DNA of 64,000 nucleotides from Candidatus Hydrothermarchaeum profundi (GCA_002011125.2 MTMF02000009.1:1256989-1320988), one strand, 5' to 3'; shown: positions 20,837 to 31,184, numbered from the stretch's first letter. The notes: a model not told the origin generated them from the letters alone. Numbers and translations are program-made.

Positions 20837-23069
20837 TTCTTATCTCTTCTATATAATCTAAGAACCACTCTGTCCATTTTTGGAATAAAAGGTCATAGTC
20901 TCTTGTTTCAAGAGTGATTTGTTCTTCGTTTAGCATCCTTAGCATATTGTTGGCGTTTACTACATGTTCCACTTCAAGGATATCTTTAAACTGTTTTTCT
21001 GCGCTTATGTCAACCATGAATCTTTTTATTTTGGATCGCAATTCTATATTCTTTAATGCTTCTTCCATCCCTATATTCCATTTCTTAGCTATTGACGTTA
21101 TGACCCGAGAATCATAGAAGTGTTCAGTAAACTCTAATCGGTCGTTTGAAGGATTATATACCATAAGATCGCTGAAGACTTCTTTAGGATCCGGATTAGA
21201 GGAATACCAATCTTTATTTACTTCAGAAATCTGAAGAACCCTCCTATACCTCTTTAGGCCGCCACCTATCCTAATTGGAGCTGCCGTCATCACGATATCA
21301 GTTGACTTAAAGGAACTAGCGGGTATACCCATGTCGTACACTACTCTCTCAAAAACACTTTGACTAGAGGCTCCGTGAATAGTCCCCATAACTGCGTTCC
21401 CTGCGGCTCCTATTCTCATAGACTCGTATAAAATCCTAGTTTCAGGGCCTCTGACCTCACCTATTACGAGTACCGATTCCCCTAATCGTAGAGCGGTAGA
21501 TAATGCCTCTTGGGGAGTTATTTCTGTTTCGGATTTTCCTGTAGTGGATTGAATTTTTAATCTCTGAATTCTAAAACCAGCAGCATTTAAAGTAGATGCT
21601 GGTATCTCCAATGTATCCTCAATAGTTAAGACCCGGGAGTTAGGAGTCAACTCGCTTAAAAGCGAGACCAATAAACTTGTCTTTCCTGATCCTCTTGAGC
21701 CTGTTACAAGTAAAGTTACTTGTCCATCTATCAAAAAACTAAGGAGCCCAGCAGCCTCGCTATTTATAGTTTTATTTGCGATAAATTGCGGGAGAGTCCA
21801 AGGCGTAGTCTTTTGTCTTCTTAATGCAAATGCAAGACCATCCGGACTTAAAGGCCTACCTATAGTTGCTACTCTAGTCCCTAGTTCTGGGAGTTCAATT
21901 TCTAAAATTGGATTTGCCTCTGAAAATGCTCTACCGCTTCTTGCTCTAAATCGTGAAATAAGGCTTTTTGTATCGTTTTCTGTCAAAAATATATTGGTAA
22001 CACAATCTTCGACTTGTGAATGGTTTAAGCATACTGGTGTTTTACTTGCTGGGGCATTCACATATACATCTTGGACGTAGGGGTCAGAAAGTAGAGTTTC
22101 CAGTATGCCCATGCCCGCCGTATACTTTGTTATTATTTCCGATAGTTCCTCGATTTTATTTTGAGTGAAGTTTATATCTTTTTTAGCGATTTTAGCTATC
22201 TCCCTCCTTGCGAGTTTAAAAAAATATTCTCTAGTCTTCGTCGGGTTTGAGAAGTCTATGGACTTCGGAGTATGTTTCAACATTTTCTCTCTTGCACTGT
22301 GTATTATCTCAAGATCTTTTGAAGTAAGGCTGTATTCTGCCGGGGAGACGAAATATATATGCTCTGGCTTATTATTTGGAAGAAAAAGTCTTACTAAAGT
22401 GTCTTTCACTTTGTATGTGGATATTAAGATTGAGTCTTCAGGCGGTTCTAAAAGTATTCTTGATGTAGAAAAATATGGCTTTACTAGAGGATGTAAAAAT
22501 TTTTTATAGATCTTTCTATTTTGGGGATCGTTAAATTTTCTTTGATATCTCTTTACCTTTCTTAAAAAATTATTATTTTCATAGATTTTTAGTATATCTT
22601 CAAGGAATTCAACGTGGTATATTCTACACTCAAGGCATTCTTCAGTATTGCTTAGCTCTGCTTTTCGGCGTTCCTGACGCGTATATTTTAAAAGCTCATA
22701 ATATGAGTATCTGGGATTTTTTGGAAGAGTATTTTCTATTTCTTCTAAAGTGCGCCGTCTTTTTTCTACGCATCTATCACATTCTTGTCCGGCGGGTATC
22801 AGAGGATTTGTATGAGAATCTTTTATCTTCTCATATAATTCAGCAAGTTTTGTTATAGTGATGGCTTGATTTTTAGTGTATTCCCTCTCAATAAGGCCGC
22901 TTAGAATTATTAGATCAATATCTAGTTCTTCATACAATATATTAATAATCCCCTTCATACAAGTCTCGCTATCCTCTATGGACATTCCATGAATGCAGTT
23001 TTTACAAGTAATTTTCAGAATTCTTTTATTTTCTTCTGTTTTAATCGTGTAAGGGCAGCTATTGGTCAT
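20826..23069 (-). CDS. Type II/IV secretion (VirB11/TadA-like) ATPase with Cys-rich N-terminal domain
   Basis: GSRGSGKTS Walker A, TIEDTLEI, ALRLGESVLVIGEVRG, MGTIHG; N-terminal CKNC, CDRC, CLEC. Confidence 0.9.
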   Translation of the reverse strand: MTNSCPYTIKTEENKRILKITCKNCIHGMSIEDSETCMKGIINILYEELDIDLIILSGLIEREYTKNQAITITKLAELYEKIKDSHTNPLIPAGQECDRCVEKRRRTLEEIENTLPKNPRYSYYELLKYTRQERRKAELSNTEECLECRIYHVEFLEDILKIYENNNFLRKVKRYQRKFNDPQNRKIYKKFLHPLVKPYFSTSRILLEPPEDSILISTYKVKDTLVRLFLPNNKPEHIYFVSPAEYSLTSKDLEIIHSAREKMLKHTPKSIDFSNPTKTREYFFKLARREIAKIAKKDINFTQNKIEELSEIITKYTAGMGILETLLSDPYVQDVYVNAPASKTPVCLNHSQVEDCVTNIFLTENDTKSLISRFRARSGRAFSEANPILEIELPELGTRVATIGRPLSPDGLAFALRRQKTTPWTLPQFIANKTINSEAAGLLSFLIDGQVTLLVTGSRGSGKTSLLVSLLSELTPNSRVLTIEDTLEIPASTLNAAGFRIQRLKIQSTTGKSETEITPQEALSTALRLGESVLVIGEVRGPETRILYESMRIGAAGNAVMGTIHGASSQSVFERVVYDMGIPASSFKSTDIVMTAAPIRIGGGLKRYRRVLQISEVNKDWYSSNPDPKEVFSDLMVYNPSNDRLEFTEHFYDSRVITSIAKKWNIGMEEALKNIELRSKIKRFMVDISAEKQFKDILEVEHVVNANNMLRMLNEEQITLETRDYDLLFQKWTEWFLDYIEEIRNVV

Positions 23070-23313
23070 CTTTATTTTCAGTTAGTTCTAAATATTTACG
23101 GAACGAACTGAACTCACTTTTTAAAGTAGGAATATCTTTTAAAATAATTTCAAGGATTTTCTCAGTATTCTTAATTATCTTGCTTTCAAGAGACTTTAAT
23201 GCCGCTTCAGTTAGATCCAGGCGTTGTTCTAACATTCTGGCGCTAGATTCGACATTCGTTATCCGTTTATTTAGTTGTATTATGCTTTGTCTTATCTCTT
23301 CGCTTTCCTTCAT
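23059..23313 (-). CDS. Small coiled-coil protein of the pilus-like locus
   Basis: 84-aa heptad pattern; stop overlaps ATPase start. Confidence 0.6.
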   Translation of the reverse strand: MKESEEIRQSIIQLNKRITNVESSARMLEQRLDLTEAALKSLESKIIKNTEKILEIILKDIPTLKSEFSSFRKYLELTENKDDQ

Positions 23314-23377
23314 ATTTAAAATTCAAAAATAATGCAATATTTAAGGCATTTGAAACTTGAAAAAAATAATTTTTGCG

Positions 23378-24079
23378 TTATTTTTTATTTAATAGCCTAA
23401 TTATGAGATAAATTGCTTTTTCTAAATTTTTTAAAGCGTGGTTCAAGTCTTCAAGTAGAAATTTTTCCCAATCCTTTTTGAACTTTATATTACTAAATTC
23501 TTGGCTTTCTCTTGCTTTTTGGGTACTTCTGTATAGTTCATTGAGATTATCTAAAAATAGTAGATATTCAGGGTCGTCAGATATTATTAGGAAGAAATTT
23601 CCTAAGAGCATCTCAAGTTCTTCAAAACGGATTAAGAGGGCTGTTAGTACGTTGAGTAGATTATCTATATTTTTAGTTAAATTGGCTTTTTTCTTGAGAG
23701 TTATTATATCTTTCTTAGTATTTTCCAGTTCTGTTTTTATGTCTTTATCTTTTTCTAAAACCAACAGTATAATACTGTTGTGTAAGGATCCAAATTTTTC
23801 TTTAGTCTCTATCTCATCTTGTTTTTGGTAGGATTTCCAGTCAAATGAGCTATAAATATTTGCAAATCTAGTACTCTCGCGAAGCCTCTCACAACTTGCA
23901 ATGAACTCATTTAGTGAATATCTCAAAAGCTTTCTAGTAATATTATCGGGTGATTTATACAGCAAGTGCTCAGATAATAGTGTAATTTGATTTGATTCCT
24001 CTAGAAGTTTTTTAGGGTTTTTTGCCTTGAGTGCTATTAGTTTTATTTTCGTTAGGTTGTCACTCATCGTTCTTATCAA
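23378..24079 (-). CDS. Hypothetical helical protein
   Basis: 233-aa ORF, overlapping and co-oriented with upstream gene. Confidence 0.6.
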   Translation of the reverse strand: MIRTMSDNLTKIKLIALKAKNPKKLLEESNQITLLSEHLLYKSPDNITRKLLRYSLNEFIASCERLRESTRFANIYSSFDWKSYQKQDEIETKEKFGSLHNSIILLVLEKDKDIKTELENTKKDIITLKKKANLTKNIDNLLNVLTALLIRFEELEMLLGNFFLIISDDPEYLLFLDNLNELYRSTQKARESQEFSNIKFKKDWEKFLLEDLNHALKNLEKAIYLIIRLLNKK

Positions 24080-24326
24080 CCAGCCGTGAAGCCCTCTGAA
24101 CTAGCATTTTCTGATCGTTTAGTTCTCTTTTTATTTTGTTTATTTCATCTTTGAGAAACCTAATTTCTACATCTAAGGTATGGGTATTTTTTGGGGGTTT
24201 ATCTTCTTCTGAAACTTTGGTATACTCTCCTAGTTGTTTTTTAAGCGTGTCACTTAAGTCTTCTTCATTGAGTATCTCTTTAAGATCTTCTTCGTCTATG
24301 ATACCTATAGTCCTCTTTCTACTCAT
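24060..24326 (-). CDS. Small acidic/coiled-coil hypothetical protein
   Basis: 88-aa ORF overlapping the stop of the MinD-like gene. Confidence 0.6.
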   Translation of the reverse strand: MSRKRTIGIIDEEDLKEILNEEDLSDTLKKQLGEYTKVSEEDKPPKNTHTLDVEIRFLKDEINKIKRELNDQKMLVQRASRLVDKNDE

Positions 24327-25032
24327 AGTCTCTTCCTGCTACGTCATAGGCTATTCTGTTAATTTCTTTTGAAATAGTATTATTCGGATATTCGATGATT
24401 ATTGGCCTCTTCCTCCTATAACATTCCTCGGCTTTATGATCATCCGGTATAACTCCTAGAATAGGCGTGTCAAAATAGATTTCAATTTGCCTTAAAATAC
24501 CTCGGCCTACGTTAGGTGGCACTTTATTAACTATTACTCCTCTTGTTCTCACGTTAAGGGCATCTGCAATCTTCTTAAGTTTTAACGCACTTGTTACTGC
24601 GGGAGGATTTGGATTCGTCACTATAATTATTTCATCAGCAAGTTTCATGGAAATGAGGGAAGGCTTGCCTATTCCGGCTGGTCCGTCGACTATTATGATA
24701 CTGAAATTATTTGCTAGAGATTTTATCACATCAATAAATTTGAATGCATCCATTTCGAAAAAAGTCTTGATAGGTATCTTGTTAGGTAGGATACTCAGAT
24801 TAGGGTAAAAGTCTTCTATAATTGCATCTTCAATATAAGCTCTTCCTTCGAGGACATCCTTAAAGTTATTTATTTTAGGTTTTATATCGAAGATTAAATA
24901 AAGACTTGCGGCGCCGAAGTCTCCTTCTACTACCAATATCTTCTCTTTAAGTCTGGAGAGAGCCAGAGAAAGATTAGCCGCAATTGTAGTTTTGCCGACT
25001 CCGCCTCTATTAGAAAGTAGGGTATAGATCAT
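24319..25032 (-). CDS. MinD/ParA family ATPase
   Basis: NRGGVGKTT deviant Walker A (R in place of signature K), VEGDFG, IIVDGPAG, VIVNKV, LGVIPDD. Confidence 0.85.
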   Translation of the reverse strand: MIYTLLSNRGGVGKTTIAANLSLALSRLKEKILVVEGDFGAASLYLIFDIKPKINNFKDVLEGRAYIEDAIIEDFYPNLSILPNKIPIKTFFEMDAFKFIDVIKSLANNFSIIIVDGPAGIGKPSLISMKLADEIIIVTNPNPPAVTSALKLKKIADALNVRTRGVIVNKVPPNVGRGILRQIEIYFDTPILGVIPDDHKAEECYRRKRPIIIEYPNNTISKEINRIAYDVAGRDYE

Positions 25033-25180
25033 TAGCTCCCTATATGCGAGGTATACCTATTAATTTTTTTGAAAGCTGAAAAAAATGCATTTTAAATGGT
25101 CTCTATTGGAAACCGGACTTCCAAGACCAAAACCTTTTTATAGTGCTTTTATATTAGAGGTCTAACGGAGGTAGGTTACT

Positions 25181-25414
25181 ATGACGTACTATATAAATGG
25201 ATTAGAATATCTTGGAAGGAATGTGAAAATAAAAGGAAAGGAAATGAAAGGGGTTGAGGCAAAGCGTTTCGTAACTCTTAAAAAAACTGATAAAATGCCT
25301 TCCCGTGATGAGGTTATTGAGCTTGCTAAGAGTAATCCAAAAGTAAAGAAAGTCTGGGTCATGCAGATGGAAGGCAACAAGTGGAAAAAGGTGATGGATG
25401 TTATAAATCTCTAA
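25181..25414 (+). CDS. Small basic hypothetical protein
   Basis: 77 aa with 15 Lys; GGAGGT RBS and TATA-like CTTTTTATA upstream. Confidence 0.75.
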   Translation: MTYYINGLEYLGRNVKIKGKEMKGVEAKRFVTLKKTDKMPSRDEVIELAKSNPKVKKVWVMQMEGNKWKKVMDVINL

Positions 25415-26160
25415 GCCTTTTCCACTTCTTCTATTTTTTTCGCTAATTCCACTATAGCTTTGTATGAGTTGCTATGATTCATATCGGCTAAGGGAACTCC
25501 TTCCATGTCGGCTTTAATAACTGTTTCGTCAAAGGGCACATAAGCGATAACTTCAAAATTTAAACCTTTTTTAATTAAATTCAGTTGTTTATTGCTCGTT
25601 ATCTTATTTGCTACTCCATACACATTCTTAATCCCGATATCTTTGGCGAGTTCATGGATCCTATTCGCAGTTTCTACTGACTTAAAGCTAGGCTCACATA
25701 TGACAAGCATCAAATCAAATCTCTCTGCCGTTTTTCTGCCTAAATGCTCTATCCCTGCCTCTGTGTCAAGGATGAGTACTTCATCTCTCTTAAGCACTAG
25801 ATGTCTAAGTAATGCTCTGAGAAATGTGTTCTCTGGGCACATACATCCTTCTCCCCCTTCTTCTACGGTCCCCATTACAATTAGCTTTATATTATTCTTA
25901 TTTGACGAGTAATTGTTGACTATATCATCTACTTTGGGGTTTAGATTGTATAATCCCTGTCCTATAACCGTTCTCTCATTTATGAGATCTTTTAGCTCTG
26001 AAATAGGAGCGGGGTTCTCAACTCCTATGGATGTATGGAGGTTCATGGAGGGATCAGAGTCTACCGCTATGACTCTATGTTTCTCTGCCAGTATCCTAGC
26101 TAATGAGCCTGCTATAGTTGTTTTACCAACCCCCCCTTTACCCGCGATTACTATTTTCAC
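25411..26160 (-). CDS. cooC: CO dehydrogenase nickel-insertion ATPase CooC
   Basis: GKGGVGKTT, VDSDP, GEGCMCPEN (CxC), DTEAGIEHLGR. Confidence 0.9.
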   Translation of the reverse strand: MKIVIAGKGGVGKTTIAGSLARILAEKHRVIAVDSDPSMNLHTSIGVENPAPISELKDLINERTVIGQGLYNLNPKVDDIVNNYSSNKNNIKLIVMGTVEEGGEGCMCPENTFLRALLRHLVLKRDEVLILDTEAGIEHLGRKTAERFDLMLVICEPSFKSVETANRIHELAKDIGIKNVYGVANKITSNKQLNLIKKGLNFEVIAYVPFDETVIKADMEGVPLADMNHSNSYKAIVELAKKIEEVEKA

Positions 26161-26771
26161 TGTTTTTCACCTGGGATATTTTCAAGTAAAGCTATGGCTC
26201 GATTGTATTCATTCAGCTTTAAGAAAAATTCTTCTTCCGTTATTCTGCCTTCAATTCTTGCGTTAGCTAATTCTAATTTAAGTTGTTCAATTTTTTCTAC
26301 AGTATCTTTCTCCAGGGGATCTGTGTTTATCCTCAACTCAAGTTCATCAGGAATGCCATCGTTATCGGTATCTATTTTACTGCTTCCTTTTTCTACATCA
26401 CTTCCTGCGTCACTCTCTCTGTCAGAAGTAGGGGAGACTTCGCCCTCTAATCCTTCATTTTCTTCCAGATACGATGCCACTATAGCATTCGCCCTTGCTA
26501 GGCTATAGCTACAAGTTGGGTCTAAATTCCTACATGCTGCAAGGCTTCCATAACCGCACCCACAAGTACATTGTTCTCGCTTAAGTACTCTCAATACTTC
26601 CAGTTTTTGTAGTTCGGTCAAACCAGAGAAGTCTACTCCAGGTATAAAAGTATAAAAATTTACGGGAGTATTCTCAGCCGTTTTTGGTGGTGCTGAAAGG
26701 AGAGAATAACCAAGAGTAGAAGTGATCATAATTATTACTGCCAGGATTGCTAGTACCTGCCGCTTTTCCAT
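26157..26771 (-). CDS. Membrane-anchored protein with CxCxC..C..C cluster and Ca-binding DxDxDG motif
   Basis: N-terminal TM; CTCGCGYGSLAACRNLDPTC; DTDNDGIPD; stop overlaps cooC start (GTGA). Confidence 0.7.
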   Translation of the reverse strand: MEKRQVLAILAVIIMITSTLGYSLLSAPPKTAENTPVNFYTFIPGVDFSGLTELQKLEVLRVLKREQCTCGCGYGSLAACRNLDPTCSYSLARANAIVASYLEENEGLEGEVSPTSDRESDAGSDVEKGSSKIDTDNDGIPDELELRINTDPLEKDTVEKIEQLKLELANARIEGRITEEEFFLKLNEYNRAIALLENIPGEKQ

Positions 26772-26860
26772 GCAAGCTTTTAAAACTTTAACGAAAACAA
26801 ATTTCTTCTCCTTATTTTAAGACCAGTAAGATTTATTTTAGTTTAGACTCATCTTCATTT

Positions 26861-28012
26861 ATGGAGAAAAAAAGTAATAGGCTGGATGGAAAAAGGATAG
26901 CACTCTGTATTACAGGTAGTATCGCAGCTATTGAGTCCCCAAAATTAGCAAGAGAACTGAGGAGGCATGGCGCAGAGGTTTGGGCTTTTATGACCTCTGG
27001 GGCATTAGATATCATTGGCCAGAATGCGATGGAATTTGCTTCTAGCAAACAAGTTATAACGAAGATTACTGGCAAGGTTGAACATCTCCAGGAGTTTGAT
27101 GTAGTCCTAGTAGCTCCAGCGACTGCGAATATTATAGGTAAGGTGGCAAATGGTATAGCTGATTCTGCAGTAACTACGCTCATACTTTCAACAAATGCGA
27201 GGGTGATCTTTGCGCCGTCAATGCATCTTACAATGTATAAAAACAAAATGTTTAGAGAAAACCTCGATAAGCTTACTCGAGCAGGATATGGAGTAATCGA
27301 ACCTTTAATAGAAGAAAAAACTGCTAAGATGGCGCCTATAGAGGATATAGTGGAAAGAGTGGTTTATGAATTGTATAAAAAAGACCTGGAAGGTAGGAAA
27401 GTAGTCATTACGGCAGGTCCTACCATTGAATATATCGATCCTATTAGAATAATAACGAATAAGAGTTCTGGGAAGATGGGTGTAGCCCTCGCTAAGGAAG
27501 CTTATTTTAGAGGAGCGGATGTTAAGCTTATCTACGGCAGGGGTACTGAGAAAGTTCCTACTTATCTAGATGTTGAGGAAGTAGAAACAGGAGAGGAAAT
27601 GCTTGAGGCTTCTCTTAGGAGCTTACCATGTGATATATTTATTTCTGCAGCCGCTGTGTCAGACTTTACACTTAAAGCAAGCGATGAAAAACTGGACTCC
27701 ACTAAGGAAATTACTTTGAGGCTTGTTCCTGCTCCGAAGGTGTTGGAAAGAATAAAGAATTATGGAGGGGTTAAGGTTGGTTTTAAGGCTCTTTATAAGG
27801 CGGATAAGGATAAAATCTTAGAGGCAGCGTATGGAATAAAGGAAAAGTATGGTCTAAGCCTTGTAGTAGCTAATGACGTATCTAGAGATATTTTAGGCGC
27901 ATATGAAACTGAGGCATACCTTATTTCTAATTCTGGCGTTGAATATTTTCCAAGAGCTAGTAAGTTTGAGCTTGCAGCAAAAATATTTGATATCTTAAGC
28001 GGGATTTTATGA
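26861..28012 (+). CDS. coaBC: Phosphopantothenoylcysteine decarboxylase/synthetase
   Basis: ITGSIAA, APATANIIGKVANGIAD, TAGPTIEYIDPIRIITNKSSGKMG, AAAVSDF. Confidence 0.95.
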   Translation: MEKKSNRLDGKRIALCITGSIAAIESPKLARELRRHGAEVWAFMTSGALDIIGQNAMEFASSKQVITKITGKVEHLQEFDVVLVAPATANIIGKVANGIADSAVTTLILSTNARVIFAPSMHLTMYKNKMFRENLDKLTRAGYGVIEPLIEEKTAKMAPIEDIVERVVYELYKKDLEGRKVVITAGPTIEYIDPIRIITNKSSGKMGVALAKEAYFRGADVKLIYGRGTEKVPTYLDVEEVETGEEMLEASLRSLPCDIFISAAAVSDFTLKASDEKLDSTKEITLRLVPAPKVLERIKNYGGVKVGFKALYKADKDKILEAAYGIKEKYGLSLVVANDVSRDILGAYETEAYLISNSGVEYFPRASKFELAAKIFDILSGIL

Positions 28013-28869
28013 AGACTACTTCCTTTGTTCCAGCTCATATTACTGGATTCTTTGAGATTTATTGGGATGAAGATATTTTAAAAACAGGGGCTCGGGGTGC
28101 CGGTGTAGTAATTGATAAAGGAGCCTATACTACGGTGGAAGTGAGAAAGGGGGAGGGTATTACGATTTTTGTTGATGGAAAACCTTGTGAATGTCAAACC
28201 ACAAAAAGTGTAATTAAATCTATTAGAATTTCGGAAGAATGCAATGTTAATGTATCTCACCGTACAGAGGTACCGGTAAAATACGGTTTTGGAGTTTCGG
28301 GGGCAGGGGCTCTTGGGGCGGCTTTAGCTCTTAATCGTGTGCTTAATTTGGGAATGGATATAACCCAATGTGGTGAAATAGCTCATCACGCTGAAGTTAT
28401 AAACAAAACCGGGCTTGGAGATGTGATAGCGGAAATTACCGGGGGATTGGTGATTAGAATGGAGCCAGGAGCGCCGGGCATAGGCAAAACAAAGGTAATA
28501 CCTTGCGAGGATTATATTGTTGCGTTTTTAGTTGGCGAGGAGATGGAAACTAAGGCGATTTTAGGAGATCCAAAAAAAATTAGGGATATCAATAGGATAG
28601 GCAGAGGGTGCGTTAAATTATTACAGAAGAAGCCTACAGTCAATAATTTTTTGAGACTTTCAAAATATTTTGCTTTTAAAACTGGACTAATGAGTAAAAA
28701 GGTTTATTCAGTAATTAAAAACTTAGAAAGAAAAGGAATCCCGTCATCAATGGTTATGCTTGGGAATGCTGTATTTACCATTACTAGTAGACCCGAGAAG
28801 GTCATAGAAAAGGTAGATTATAAGGCTATCCTCTCGGGAATAGACACGAGGGGGGGGAGGATTATATAA
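28009..28869 (+). CDS. Pantoate kinase (GHMP family)
   Basis: FVPAHITGFF, GARGAG, YGFGVSGAGALG, AEVINKTGLGDV, MVMLGNAVF. Confidence 0.9.
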   Translation: MKTTSFVPAHITGFFEIYWDEDILKTGARGAGVVIDKGAYTTVEVRKGEGITIFVDGKPCECQTTKSVIKSIRISEECNVNVSHRTEVPVKYGFGVSGAGALGAALALNRVLNLGMDITQCGEIAHHAEVINKTGLGDVIAEITGGLVIRMEPGAPGIGKTKVIPCEDYIVAFLVGEEMETKAILGDPKKIRDINRIGRGCVKLLQKKPTVNNFLRLSKYFAFKTGLMSKKVYSVIKNLERKGIPSSMVMLGNAVFTITSRPEKVIEKVDYKAILSGIDTRGGRII

Positions 28870-28992
28870 AATGCTCTTCTGTAGTTCTTTTCATCGAAAT
28901 TCATATATTATTTAGTATCATAAAAAGAATATCGGAGGTGATAAGTCCGCTTCTTTACTACCCTATGATAAAGGATTTTACGGACATGTGAA

Positions 28993-29601
28993 ATGAAGAG
29001 TAACCTCTCATCCAGAGTTAGGACATATTTTTTCACAGGGTTGGCTATTTTCATCCCGCTTGTAGCAACGGTATATGTAGTGTGGATTGGTTTCAATTTC
29101 TTTGATGGCCTTATGAAGCCGTTAGTTAAGCCCATAGCGGGAGATGTTCCTGGCGTAAGCTTGATTGTTACAATAATAATGATAATAATTTTGGGAGCCT
29201 TTGGTAGGATCACTATAGGTGCAAAAATTATGAATTTTCTTGAGACAACTCTCTTAAGGATCCCTGTGGTCAGCACTATTTATTATGCTGTCAGGGAGGC
29301 TAGCGCACTTGTGCTGAAACAGGAAGAAAGAGGGTATAAAGCGGTGGTTTTAGTTGAGTATCCTAGAAAAGGCTCATATGTTATTGGTTTTTCTACTTCT
29401 TCTACCATTGAGGAAATTCAGAAAAAAACAGAAAAAGAGGTTATTAATGTATATGTGCCTACAACACCCAACCCAACCTCAGGGTTTCTTTTAATGCTGC
29501 CAAAGGAGGATATTGTACCCCTAGACATGACCATAGAGGAGGCTTTCAAGATAATAATGTCTGGAGGTTTAACTAAACAAAAAGACTATGGTGGAAAATA
29601 A
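28993..29601 (+). CDS. DUF502 family membrane protein
   Basis: RIPVVSTIY, VVLVEYPRKG, VYVPTTPNPTSGF, IMSGG. Confidence 0.9.
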   Translation: MKSNLSSRVRTYFFTGLAIFIPLVATVYVVWIGFNFFDGLMKPLVKPIAGDVPGVSLIVTIIMIIILGAFGRITIGAKIMNFLETTLLRIPVVSTIYYAVREASALVLKQEERGYKAVVLVEYPRKGSYVIGFSTSSTIEEIQKKTEKEVINVYVPTTPNPTSGFLLMLPKEDIVPLDMTIEEAFKIIMSGGLTKQKDYGGK

Positions 29602-30360
29602 TTGAAAATTCCTAGAGAGCACCCCAGGTATTTATCTTTGAAAGAGAGGCATAAACTAGTGGAAGGGTATCGTGATGGTGTTACTGCCTTAGCAGGGCTT
29701 ATTGCACATGGTAGAGGAGAGGCGTTTGACTATCTTATAGGTGAGAAAACTATACCTCCAGCCGTAAATGCTATTAAAGCAGGAGTTGCGGCGCTTCTGC
29801 TTGCTGATAGTCCTGTAATATCCGTTAACGGTAATACTGCGGCTCTCTGCCCCACAGAAATAGTTGAACTTTCAAAAATTGTTGGAGCGAAGATCGAGAT
29901 AAACCTGTTTTATCGGTCACAGGATAGAATTAAGAAAATAAGAGAAATTTTAATAAAAAACGGCGCAGATGAGGTTTATGGAGTTACTCCTACAAAGGAG
30001 ATTAGTGGGATATCTAGTGAGCGCAGATGGGCAGACAAAGACGGGATATACAGCAGTGATGTAGTGCTTGTGCCTCTCGAGGATGGCGATAGAACAGAGG
30101 CCTTGGTTAACTCCGGTAAAAAGGTTATAGCTATTGATCTTAACCCGCTTTCAAGAACCTCCCTTACGGCTAGTATAACAATTGTAGATAATGTTACAAG
30201 GGCAGTACCGATAATGATAAAGATTGCTGAAGAAATGAGAGGCTGGGATAATAGTGAGTTAAGGAGAGTTTTAGCGTCTTTTGACAACTACAAAAACCTT
30301 AGGGAGGTCTTGCTTGCTATTAAGACCCGGCTTGAAGAGATGGATTTCCCGCTTCAATAG
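29602..30360 (+). CDS. 4-phosphopantoate--beta-alanine ligase (phosphopantothenate synthetase)
   Basis: IPREHPRYLSL, GLIAHGRGEAFDYLIGE, SVNGN, VPLEDGDR, IDLNPLSRT. Confidence 0.95.
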   Translation: MKIPREHPRYLSLKERHKLVEGYRDGVTALAGLIAHGRGEAFDYLIGEKTIPPAVNAIKAGVAALLLADSPVISVNGNTAALCPTEIVELSKIVGAKIEINLFYRSQDRIKKIREILIKNGADEVYGVTPTKEISGISSERRWADKDGIYSSDVVLVPLEDGDRTEALVNSGKKVIAIDLNPLSRTSLTASITIVDNVTRAVPIMIKIAEEMRGWDNSELRRVLASFDNYKNLREVLLAIKTRLEEMDFPLQ

Positions 30361-30371
30361 CTAATTTATTT

Positions 30372-30998
30372 CTACTCTTCGTCGATAACCATAACCTTTG
30401 TTTTGAAGTCAGTGTATCTTAGATATCCTTTATTTTTGCATTTTAAGTATCCAAGAAGGATATCAAGAGGGTAAAAGAATTTTCCAAGATTACGTATAAA
30501 ACTTGTTTTTAGCTCTATCTTTTTCCCGTTTTCATGGATAACTCGTGTGCCTGCGAAGTATTTTCCAGGGGTTCGCCCCATATAAGCTTCCATAAGAGTC
30601 CAAGCCGTTAATACAGCTATTATCAAGATAATTGCGATTTCTATTCTATCTACCAACATGGACGGCATACTAAAAAAGAAAATAAAATCTAGAAATGTGG
30701 TTGCTAACCTTTTCTTTTTAGACGCTTGGACAACTATGTCCTTACTGATATTGAATCTAGGAAGGTCTTTCATTATCTGGTAGGCGATCCTACCTTTTTC
30801 AGTCAGCCAGTATGTCCCGTTTGATGAAGATTTAACTAAGCCTTCTAACTCACGTAGCCTAGCATCTAATTGCCATGGACCTATTCTTAGGTATCTAAGC
30901 ATTTCGTCGTATGTCATATGTACCCCGTCGTGAAGTATCTCTATTATCCTAGCTCTAATGGGGTTTTCCAGTATTTTGAAGAAATTTTGCTCTTTCAA
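30372..30998 (-). CDS. ArsR-like wHTH fused to RDD membrane domain
   Basis: LENPIRARIIEIL...YWLTEKG; KRLATTFLD...GRTPGK...SFIRN. Confidence 0.8.
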   Translation of the reverse strand: MKEQNFFKILENPIRARIIEILHDGVHMTYDEMLRYLRIGPWQLDARLRELEGLVKSSSNGTYWLTEKGRIAYQIMKDLPRFNISKDIVVQASKKKRLATTFLDFIFFFSMPSMLVDRIEIAIILIIAVLTAWTLMEAYMGRTPGKYFAGTRVIHENGKKIELKTSFIRNLGKFFYPLDILLGYLKCKNKGYLRYTDFKTKVMVIDEE

Positions 30999-31184
30999 TG
31001 CACCATCACCAAAATCACCTTCATTTACAACTATAGCGTGAAGTTTCTAGATTACTTTTTTGCATCTTTCTCTCTAAATCTTAATTTTCTCCGTAAAAGG
31101 TAAAAATATCCTCTTGCTAAATTTTAGATTTTTCTACTTCAAGGTGGAGATAAAAGTATACCTTAAATTAACTTCATTTTTTTT

